Part shown: in pieces, positions 28,422-35,937 of the stretch
How positions within the stretch are numbered: position 1 is the stretch's first letter
Layout: every line of letters begins with the position of its first letter
DNA from: an uncultured Bacteroidales bacterium
GTDB lineage: Bacteria; Bacteroidota; Bacteroidia; Bacteroidales; Muribaculaceae
Direction: 5' to 3'
NCBI GenBank assembly: GCA_949285735.1
Contig: CASEAQ010000021.1
Location: 5,737-69,736, forward strand
Length of the DNA stretch: 64,000 nucleotides
Notes under the pieces: model-generated
Told to the model about the DNA's origin: nothing
What the model saw: the letters and a program-made list of their open reading frames with translations, nothing else
Databases searched by the model: none
Made by a program: the position numbers and the translations under genes

Positions 28422-28504
28422 ACCAATTATTCCCCAACCACGATACAATTTGCCCCAAAATTGCAAAAATTCCCACACATACTTCTCAAATCATAATGCA
28501 GGCA

Positions 28505-29152
28505 TCACTTCAGCCCCATTATGCTTTGCACCAATAAATACACTCTCGTTCCTACCGTCTGCGGCCATCGGTCGGCAGGACGCGTGTCCAATGCTTTGGC
28601 GCGGTCTATCGCAACTGCCACGTTTTTAATGATAGCCATTGCATCGTAATCTGCTTCATGATAATGCCCCGTCAGTTCTTTCATTTTTCTTTTCAACCAA
28701 GTTTCGCCATGCCTTGATGTCTTTTTGTTTTCGGCAAGCAATTTCATCTGCTCGGGAGAATAAGATGCCACATCTTCAAAATGCAACAGCAGCCAGAGTT
28801 CAAAACATGGATTGCTTAAACAAAAATACAAATTATCGCCTTTTGCACAATATTGAGCAACCGACGACAACATCTTGTCGCCCCATCTGTCTTTGTCAAC
28901 GACAACCCACAGTTGGTCATCATCCTCGATATTGTATTCCGATACAAATTCCTGAATCTGCGCTTTCACACTTTCCGGGCTTGAACTGTCGGAATCTCGG
29001 TGCAAGACCTCGACATGCACATCCGACGCACACAACGACACTTTCATCGCTTCAAAATATATATTCTCGGTGCTTCGTCCTTCTGCCGCTATAACAACGA
29101 GCCGAGCCGACCGTGTACCTTCAAGCCGTATGAAATCTTTTCGTTTCCTCAT
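28505..29152 (-). CDS. RloB-like (Toprim-like) protein, AbiLii-like partner of the upstream ATPase
   Basis: Motifs AAEGRSTENIYF (N-terminal acidic Toprim-type glutamate), VVVDKDRW (DxD) and SNPCFELWLLLHF, which I recognise as RloB family. It starts 4 nt after the ATPase stop. The region is AT-rich. Confidence 0.75.
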   Translation of the reverse strand: MRKRKDFIRLEGTRSARLVVIAAEGRSTENIYFEAMKVSLCASDVHVEVLHRDSDSSSPESVKAQIQEFVSEYNIEDDDQLWVVVDKDRWGDKMLSSVAQYCAKGDNLYFCLSNPCFELWLLLHFEDVASYSPEQMKLLAENKKTSRHGETWLKRKMKELTGHYHEADYDAMAIIKNVAVAIDRAKALDTRPADRWPQTVGTRVYLLVQSIMGLK

Positions 29153-29156
29153 GGCT

Positions 29157-30430
29157 TCACCATTTTAAATCTTTTATCGGAGCAAAAAAGGGAATTGCGC
29201 CATATCGCCCTTGCAAATACCCCTTGCGAATATCTTCACGTGGCTTAAATTCCGCAAGCGAATACAAATGAGACGCTCCATTTCGGTCTTTCTCGACAAA
29301 CCACACTTCGTCGGCTCGAATCAATTCCAAATTAAGCAAGTTAGACTCATGAGTGGTGAATACCAACTGACAATCACGCCCGTCTGACAAACGACTAAAA
29401 TAATATTCCAACAACTTTTGCGACAACATAGGGTGCATACTACGGTCTATTTCATCAATCAAATAAACCATTTCGTTGTTCAGCCCCAAATCTATCAACA
29501 TGGGTATGAAATCAAGCAAGCGAAGGGAGCCGTCCGACTCTTCGTTCATGTCAAATGACACTTCGCCACCATCGTCATTCCTATGTATGGCATTTTGCTT
29601 GTATATTGTCGTTATACCGCTATCATTCGTTTCAAAAAAGTAAATTGTGGTTGGCGAAGAAACCAAAAAATTCTTATTAGGCTCAGACCCCGCCAAAAAC
29701 TCATCGACCAAGTCCTTGGGCAAATCGAGATTTTCTTTTTGTATTTTGGTTCTTCTTATATCAACTATACCTGTGTTGAAATATCCCAACAAAGACTTTG
29801 TCGCCATAGCAAATTCCTTGTCGCGCTCTATGCGGATAGATATGCCGCTATATCGAGAGTCGGGAAATATTATTTTCAGGTTCTCTTTCAGCCAATTATG
29901 CGCTATGTTGATGCAATCAAGCCCCTTGCCGTTTCGCTTTATATATTCCGACAGTGCCTGTTCTCATCATCGCCATCTATACTGCCGAAAGTAAATTCAT
30001 TGCCGACCGCTGTTGTCCTACGGGAAAAAATTTCCTTGTCGGCTCTACTATTGATTTCATAAAGCCATTCTTCGGCAATACCTTTTATGTTAAATTCCAC
30101 CCCGTAGGCAAAATACCGCTTTCCTGCTTTAAATTCTATCTCTACTTTCGACGGCTTGGTATTTGGCTCAACCAGCTTAAAGGGTTCAATATCTTTTCGC
30201 GGAACGCTGCCCAAAGCAATTTTCTGTATTATCGCAACCGACTTTATTATGTTGCTTTTCCCCGAGGCGTTGGCACCATAAATTATTCCAGCCTTTAGGA
30301 CAGAAATGTCATCGCGCTTTTCAGCCCGGCTCACTTGCTCGTTGTGCCTGTCGCTCTTGCCGGCAACAAAACTAATTTCTGTTTCATCTTTGAATGAAAA
30401 AAGATTTTCTATCGTAACCCTTAAAATCAT
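29157..30430 (-). pseudogene. ABC-type AAA ATPase (AAA_21/AAA_15-like, AbiLi-like), split by one frameshift
   Basis: The N-terminal ORF 29939..30430 carries Walker A GANASGKSN. The C-terminal frame is open from 29963 down to 29157 and carries Walker B VYLIDEIDRSMHP and VFTTHES (track ORF 29157..29807). The two frames overlap only in 29942..29963. Confidence 0.8.
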
Positions 30431-30461
30431 CGCTTCGACTTATTATATCAACATTCCACCA

Positions 30462-30469
30462 CAAATATA
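30462..30469 (-). promoter_or_regulatory. -7 promoter box TATATTTG (ATPase/RloB module)
   Basis: Exact TAnnTTTG match on the minus strand, 32 nt upstream of the ATG at 30430. Confidence 0.6.
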
Positions 30470-30492
30470 GAAACTAAATGCGCATTTACACA

Positions 30493-30530
30493 AAAAATTG
30501 TCGAATTTGTGCAACAACTCGACAATTTTT
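30493..30530. promoter_or_regulatory. perfect 12-bp inverted repeat (candidate operator or hairpin) upstream of the ATPase promoter
   Basis: AAAAATTGTCGA (30493-30504) and TCGACAATTTTT (30519-30530) are separated by 14 nt. The spacer begins a 12-nt direct repeat, ATTTGTGCAACA, at 30505-30516 and 30548-30559. Confidence 0.6.
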
Positions 30531-30584
30531 GTATGGAGGGAATAGATATTTGTGCAACACCAGGGGGGTGACGGCTGCGCGCCG

Positions 30585-31262
30585 TCAGTATTCTCGGGTG
30601 CCGAAGATGGTGGTGCCGATGCGCACCATTGTCGAACCTTCGGCAACGGCTATGCGGTAATCGTCGCTCATGCCCATGCTCACGGTGTCGAAACTCGAGC
30701 TGGCGGCAAAATGAGATGATTTAAGCTCGTCGAACGTGTGGCGAATGGCACGAAACTCGCGGGCGATTTCAGCTTCGTCGTCGGTGTTGGTTGCCATTCC
30801 CATCACTCCGCGCACATTCACGTTTGCAAGGCTGCCGAGTACTCCGCTATCGACAAGTCCGCGGCACTCGTCGATGGTGAACCCATACTTTGTCGCCTCC
30901 TGCGCCACGTGCAGCTGCAACAGCACATCGACCGTGCGCCCTGCGCGGCGCGCCTCGTCATCGACGCAGCGCAACAGCCGCTCGCTGTCGATGCTATGCA
31001 CAAGCGCAACGTAAGGCACAATCTGCCGCACCTTGTTGCTCTGCAAGTGCCCGATAAAGTGCCACTGCACATCGCCCGGCATGGCAGTGTGCTTCGGTCC
31101 AATCTCTTGTGCACGGCTCTCGCCGAAAATGCGCTGCCCGGCATCGTATGCCGCCATCAGTGCCTCCACAGGGTGGAACTTAGAAACAGCAACGAGCTTC
31201 ACCCCAGTGGGAAGCTCGCTGTGCAATTTCTGTATTTCTTCTTTTATATGTTCGATGTCCAT
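30585..31262 (-). CDS. yggS: YggS family pyridoxal-phosphate homeostasis protein
   Basis: Single TIM-barrel alanine-racemase-N-like domain with VAVSKF (PLP lysine), HFIGHLQSNK and GMSDDY. Confidence 0.92.
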   Translation of the reverse strand: MDIEHIKEEIQKLHSELPTGVKLVAVSKFHPVEALMAAYDAGQRIFGESRAQEIGPKHTAMPGDVQWHFIGHLQSNKVRQIVPYVALVHSIDSERLLRCVDDEARRAGRTVDVLLQLHVAQEATKYGFTIDECRGLVDSGVLGSLANVNVRGVMGMATNTDDEAEIAREFRAIRHTFDELKSSHFAASSSFDTVSMGMSDDYRIAVAEGSTMVRIGTTIFGTREY

Positions 31263-31276
31263 CGCTCGTCTTCCCT

Positions 31277-31741
31277 TTATTCGATAGGTTTCTCGGCTGC
31301 CGCCTTCTTGCCGCTCAAGTCGGCAGGGAACACGTCCATCAACGGCGTTTCCACAATCGAGGCAATTTCAAAGTCGGCAAGCGTGCCCTTCATGTTTTCC
31401 ATGAAGTTGTCGAGAGCCATCTTGAACTCGCTTGCCTGCACGAGCATAAACGACGCTGTCTTCTTCTCCACGGCAGTCTTCTCGTCGATGGTGATAAAGT
31501 TGGTCTTCACCTTATACCACTTGTCGCCCGTAGCGTCGTAGAACACGTCGCTTATCTTCTCCCTCTTTACAGCCGACACGGTAAACTCGCCCGAGATGTA
31601 GGGCGACATTTCCTCGGTGATGCGAGCCTCGGCTTCGGTAAACGACAACGCGTCAACCAAGTAGTTCTCGGTCACAGTCTTCTGCAACCCGGTTTCCAAA
31701 ATCTTGCTATATCTAATCTTACATTCAAACCAATTAGCCAT
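31277..31741 (-). CDS. DUF4494 domain-containing protein
   Basis: N-terminus MANWFECKIRYSKILETGLQKTVTENYLVDALSFTEAEARI is recognised as the Bacteroidota DUF4494 family. Confidence 0.7.
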   Translation of the reverse strand: MANWFECKIRYSKILETGLQKTVTENYLVDALSFTEAEARITEEMSPYISGEFTVSAVKREKISDVFYDATGDKWYKVKTNFITIDEKTAVEKKTASFMLVQASEFKMALDNFMENMKGTLADFEIASIVETPLMDVFPADLSGKKAAAEKPIE

Positions 31742-31780
31742 AAATCTGCTTTTAATTTATAATTAATCATTGAGTGGCTG

Positions 31781-31788
31781 CAAAATTA
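31781..31788 (-). promoter_or_regulatory. -7 promoter box TAATTTTG (DUF4494-yggS)
   Basis: Exact TAnnTTTG match (TAATTTTGCAGCC) on the minus strand, 40 nt upstream of the ATG at 31741. Confidence 0.6.
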
Positions 31789-31849
31789 CAATAAATATGC
31801 GTAATAACCTCGCAAAATTCCCAAATTCATGCCGTGCCACTCAAGCAGC

Positions 31850-31888
31850 AAAAAACGGCTCACCGCACAAGAGAATGTGCGGTGAGCC
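31850..31888 (-). terminator. rho-independent terminator of gdhA
   Basis: Perfect 12-bp stem GGCTCACCGCAC (31857-31868) / GTGCGGTGAGCC (31877-31888), followed on the minus strand by TTTTTTG. Confidence 0.8.
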
Positions 31889-31920
31889 ACAATATAAACG
31901 ATATATCAAATATCCTTTTT

Positions 31921-33255
31921 TTACAATACGCCCTGAGCCATCATAGCCTTAGCCACCTTCATGAAGCCGGCTACATTGGCACCACGCACGTAGTTGACGT
32001 AGCCATCTTCCTGCTTGCCATACTTCAAGCACTGCTCGTGGATATTAGCCATGATACCCTTCAACTTGGCATCAACTTCCTCGGCGCTCCATGTGAGCTT
32101 CTGCGAGTTTTGTGCCATTTCCAAGCCCGATACCGACACACCACCTGCATTGGCAGCCTTGCCCGGAGCATACAATATCTTGGCGTTGATGAACTCATGA
32201 ACAGCTTCGGGAGTAGAAGGCATGTTTGCACCTTCCGACACTGCAAAGCAGCCGTTGGCGAGCAACGTGCGGGCATCGTCGCCATCAAGTTCGTTCTGGG
32301 TAGCCGACGGCATGGCAATGTCGCATGGTACGCTCCAAGGACGACCACCGTCGAAGTATTCGCAGCCATATTCCTCGGCAAATTCACGTATGCGGCCGCG
32401 GTAAACATTCTTCAATTGGAAGATATAGTCGAGTTGCTCGCGAGTTATGCCCTCGGGAACATAGATTGTGCCATTGGAATCACTCAGAGTGATAACCTTT
32501 GCGCCAAGTTGCAACAGCTTTTCGGCAGTGTAGGTTGCCACGTTGCCCGAACCCGATATTGCCACACGCTTGCCCTTGATGTCGATGCCGCGCGTTGCGA
32601 GCATATTGAGCAAGAAGTAAACGTTGCCATATCCTGTAGCCTCGGGGCGAATGAGCGAACCGCCGAATTCCATGCCCTTGCCAGTGAACGTACCGGTGTT
32701 CTCGCGAGCCATCTTCTTGTACATGCCATACATGTAGCCCACTTCACGGCCACCTACGCCTATGTCGCCGGCAGGAACGTCGGTGTCGGGTCCGATGTGA
32801 CGCCACAACTCAGCCACGAATGCCTGGCAGAAGCGCATCACTTCCATGTCCGACTTGCCCTTGGGGTTGAAGTCCGACCCACCTTTGCCACCGCCCATGG
32901 CGAGCGTAGTAAGCGAGTTCTTAAACGTTTGCTCGAATGCGAGGAACTTAAGAATAGACTGGTTTACCGATGCGTGGAACCTTATGCCACCCTTGTAGGG
33001 ACCGATGGCATTGTTGTGCTGAACGCGGTAACCCATGTTATTCTGAATGCGACCCTTGTCGTCGATCCATGTAACCCTGAATGAGAAAATCCTATCGGGA
33101 ATGCACAAGCGTTCAATCAGATTGTAACGTTCAAATTCGGGATGCTCGTTATATACATCTTCAATAGTGGTTATAACCTCTTCTACTGCTTGCAGATACT
33201 CGGGCTCATTTGGGAAGCGCCGTTTCAAATCATTTAGTACTTCGCTTGCTTTCAT
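31921..33255 (-). CDS. gdhA: NADP-specific glutamate dehydrogenase
   Basis: Glu/Leu/Phe/Val dehydrogenase signature AMGGGKGGSDF and a Rossmann motif ISGSGNVA; 444 aa. Confidence 0.95.
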   Translation of the reverse strand: MKASEVLNDLKRRFPNEPEYLQAVEEVITTIEDVYNEHPEFERYNLIERLCIPDRIFSFRVTWIDDKGRIQNNMGYRVQHNNAIGPYKGGIRFHASVNQSILKFLAFEQTFKNSLTTLAMGGGKGGSDFNPKGKSDMEVMRFCQAFVAELWRHIGPDTDVPAGDIGVGGREVGYMYGMYKKMARENTGTFTGKGMEFGGSLIRPEATGYGNVYFLLNMLATRGIDIKGKRVAISGSGNVATYTAEKLLQLGAKVITLSDSNGTIYVPEGITREQLDYIFQLKNVYRGRIREFAEEYGCEYFDGGRPWSVPCDIAMPSATQNELDGDDARTLLANGCFAVSEGANMPSTPEAVHEFINAKILYAPGKAANAGGVSVSGLEMAQNSQKLTWSAEEVDAKLKGIMANIHEQCLKYGKQEDGYVNYVRGANVAGFMKVAKAMMAQGVL

Positions 33256-33291
33256 TATTTCGCTTTTACTTTAAAATGAAAATTCTGGCTG

Positions 33292-33299
33292 CAAAGGTA
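33292..33299 (-). promoter_or_regulatory. -7 promoter box TACCTTTG (gdhA)
   Basis: Exact TAnnTTTG match (TACCTTTGCAGCC) on the minus strand, 37 nt upstream of the ATG at 33255. Confidence 0.6.
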
Positions 33300-33497
33300 C
33301 GCAAAAATATCGAAAACACAAGCAATAGGAAAGCAAAAAACAGCAAAACGCAACATTTTAACGCCCGCACGTCGCTTTTTTGGCTCAAAAAGCAAGAATC
33401 TCGCACATTTCAAGCATATTTTACCCCTCTTCTTGCCCACAAGAGCAAGAATGCACTCGTACCCACCTCTTTTTAACCAAATGAGGGGGAACAGCCT

Positions 33498-33770
33498 CTA
33501 AAATGTGCCGATGGCCTCAATCTCCCTGTCGGGGGCAGGCGGCTTCGGTTCGCTCTTCTTGCGCTGCCGCTCCACGGTGTCGATTCCTGCCGAGTCGATT
33601 GCCGCGCGATACTTGGCAAGCTCCACAGCCCTCCGCTCCACCTCCTCGGGCAACGGCTTGCTGCGCGATAGCGACAGTCTCACTGCCACAACCGCCACTA
33701 TAAGCACCACGAGCACCATCGCCGCAATGCGTTGCTGGCGCGACATCTTGAACCACTCGCCGAGTGCCAT
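33498..33770 (-). CDS. small single-pass membrane protein (about 90 aa), translationally coupled to the NSS transporter
   Basis: The ATG at 33768-33770 overlaps the transporter stop codon (TAATG). One TM helix IAAMVLVVLIVAVVAV is followed by a charged tail. The track ORF extends to 33830, inside the upstream gene. Confidence 0.55.
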   Translation of the reverse strand: MALGEWFKMSRQQRIAAMVLVVLIVAVVAVRLSLSRSKPLPEEVERRAVELAKYRAAIDSAGIDTVERQRKKSEPKPPAPDREIEAIGTF

Positions 33771-35155
33771 TACAACAGCGTTACGATATATGACACCAAT
33801 ATCATGGCTATCAATATGGGGCACACCCACTTGATGAGAAATGCCACTGCCGGGGCAAGCGACGACCTGAACGAGCCGTAGTTGGTGAGCTCGTCACGAA
33901 GAAATTGCTTGCGCATCACCCAGCCCACATATATGCATATACAGAATGCACTGATTGGCAGCAGCACATTGGTAGTCATAGCATCGAGGAAGTCAAACAC
34001 AGCCATTCCGCCAATCTTGAGCCAAGGCACTGCACCAAGCGACAACGAGCAAACGGCACTGGTGATGAAAATGGGAAGCAGCACCACAAAGCAAGCCTTC
34101 ACGCGCGACGTGTGGAAACGGTCGCGCACAAAAGCTATCGACACCTCGGCTATAGATATGGTTGACGTGACGGCAGCAAGGAAGAGCAACGTGAAAAACA
34201 TCACAGCCCAAAAGCGCGGCATATCCATATAATTGAACACCTCGGGCAGCGTCACAAACACCAGCGTCGTGCCCGAAAGGCTGTCGGGATTTATCACCAC
34301 GTTAAAGCTCATCACCGCCGGGAATATTATAAGCCCCATCATGAAAGCCACCAGGAAGTTTAGCCCCGTAACGGTGAACGAAGTGCTTGCGAGCTTCACA
34401 TCTTTGGGATAATACGACGAATAAGTCACGAGTATGCCCATGCCAAGGCTCATTGAAAAGAATGCCTGCCCAAGCGCAGCCATCATCACGTCGATGTTGA
34501 TTTTGCTGAAATCGGGCTTCAGGAAAAACTCCAGCCCCTCTTTGGTGTTGGGCAGCGTCATTGCCACGCCCACAAACACAATCAAAATAACAAACAGCAT
34601 GGGCATCATTATGTTAGACATCGTTTCAATACCCTTTTGCACCCCTTTCAAGAGTATCAGCAGGTTGATGACTATCACAATGTATGTCCACAGTAGCGGA
34701 TTCCACCCCGACGAAATCATCTCCGACATTTTTTGCTGGTAAAGCGTCGAGTCGGTAGCCGTGTTGGTCGTTCCTTCAAAAAGCCACCCCGTAGCCGACT
34801 GATAGATATATTCGAGCGTCCATCCTGCCACCACCATATAATACGACAGGATTATGTAAGACGCCACAACGCCTATCACCCCCGTTATCCACCATCGGCT
34901 TTTGGGCGTGAGCCGCTTGAACACGCCCACCGAGTCGGAACGTCCGGCACGGCCGAGCGACGTCTCGGCAAGCATCACGGGAATACCCATCAACACCATA
35001 CTCAACAGATAAAGCACAAGAAAAGCCGCTCCGCCGTTCGACTGCGCCAAACTTGGGAACCGCCACACATTACCCAGCCCCACAGCCGACCCCACGGTGG
35101 CTGCAATGACACCTATCTTAGACCCGAATGTGGAATGATGATTGCTCTGAGCCAT
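33770..35155 (-). CDS. sodium-dependent transporter, neurotransmitter:sodium symporter (NSS/SNF) family
   Basis: TM1 signature AVGLGNVWRFP and 11-12 TM helices; 461 aa. Confidence 0.92.
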   Translation of the reverse strand: MAQSNHHSTFGSKIGVIAATVGSAVGLGNVWRFPSLAQSNGGAAFLVLYLLSMVLMGIPVMLAETSLGRAGRSDSVGVFKRLTPKSRWWITGVIGVVASYIILSYYMVVAGWTLEYIYQSATGWLFEGTTNTATDSTLYQQKMSEMISSGWNPLLWTYIVIVINLLILLKGVQKGIETMSNIMMPMLFVILIVFVGVAMTLPNTKEGLEFFLKPDFSKINIDVMMAALGQAFFSMSLGMGILVTYSSYYPKDVKLASTSFTVTGLNFLVAFMMGLIIFPAVMSFNVVINPDSLSGTTLVFVTLPEVFNYMDMPRFWAVMFFTLLFLAAVTSTISIAEVSIAFVRDRFHTSRVKACFVVLLPIFITSAVCSLSLGAVPWLKIGGMAVFDFLDAMTTNVLLPISAFCICIYVGWVMRKQFLRDELTNYGSFRSSLAPAVAFLIKWVCPILIAMILVSYIVTLL

Positions 35156-35211
35156 ATTTATAATTTGAAAATTATAGCAATAATATTTATTCTTTACGAT
35201 ATATATTACTG

Positions 35212-35219
35212 CAAATGTA
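35212..35219 (-). promoter_or_regulatory. -7 promoter box TACATTTG (NSS transporter operon)
   Basis: Exact TAnnTTTG match on the minus strand, 57 nt upstream of the ATG at 35155. Confidence 0.55.
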
Positions 35220-35243
35220 ATTAATTTTTACCACATATTTCAC

Positions 35244-35251
35244 TAATTTTG
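35244..35251 (+). promoter_or_regulatory. -7 promoter box TAATTTTG (vanZ-like gene)
   Basis: Exact TAnnTTTG match 12 nt upstream of the ATG at 35264. Confidence 0.55.
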
Positions 35252-35263
35252 CAGCGTTAATTT

Positions 35264-35686
35264 ATGGCAAATAGTATGATAAAATTATTGCTCAAGATTC
35301 CTACCGGCATCTTGTCGGTGTTGCTCACATTGGCTATCCTTTACCTGTGCCTCGCGCCACAACCCATCGGAGGAGGTGGGCTGTTCGACTTTCCCGGTGC
35401 CGACAAGATTATGCACTTTGCAATGTTTTTTGCCTTGTCGGCGGCATACCTTTTCGATTGTGCCAAGGCTGCATTGCCACGCCAGTTGCGCCAGTGGCAG
35501 GTGGTGGCAATAGCGGTGGCTGTAATCCTGCTGGGTGGCTTAATCGAAATACTGCAACAACTCATGGGGCTCGGGCGCAGCATGGACTTGCTCGACTTCG
35601 TTGCCGATGCAATTGGAGTGGTGTGTGCAACAGGTGTGATGAAAGCAAGCCTGCTTGGCCGACTCAGCAATACAAAAGATTGCTAA
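35264..35686 (+). CDS. VanZ family membrane protein
   Basis: Four TM helices with ADKIMHFAMFFALS and DFVADAIGV motifs typical of VanZ-like proteins. Confidence 0.75.
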   Translation: MANSMIKLLLKIPTGILSVLLTLAILYLCLAPQPIGGGGLFDFPGADKIMHFAMFFALSAAYLFDCAKAALPRQLRQWQVVAIAVAVILLGGLIEILQQLMGLGRSMDLLDFVADAIGVVCATGVMKASLLGRLSNTKDC

Positions 35687-35746
35687 TTATTATTTATAGT
35701 GCATAAATCCAATGCCCCGACATTGGCAGAAATATTATTAAATACA

Positions 35747-35754
35747 TATATTTG
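35747..35754 (+). promoter_or_regulatory. -7 promoter box TATATTTG, possible distal promoter of the outer-membrane receptor gene
   Basis: Exact TAnnTTTG match 184 nt upstream of the ATG at 35938. Confidence 0.35.
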
Positions 35755-35937
35755 CATTTATAATAGACATAGATTGGCATACCGAAAAGTATCACAAAAA
35801 TTTCTACAATCCTGATTTAACTTTTAAGTATTTGCTGCATCTAATGTATATGAGAAATATTGCACCACTCGACACCGATGGGCAATAACACACAATTAAT
35901 CTACAACAAACAATATATTTAGGTTTATATTTTATAG

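Noticed and set aside
26586-28458. The 12-nt direct repeat AATTTGCCCCAA on both sides of the 555-aa MFS gene (26586-26597 and 28447-28458).
   Set aside because: Dozens of chance 12-mer matches are expected in a 64-kb window. The MFS gene has native composition, and nothing else suggests mobility.
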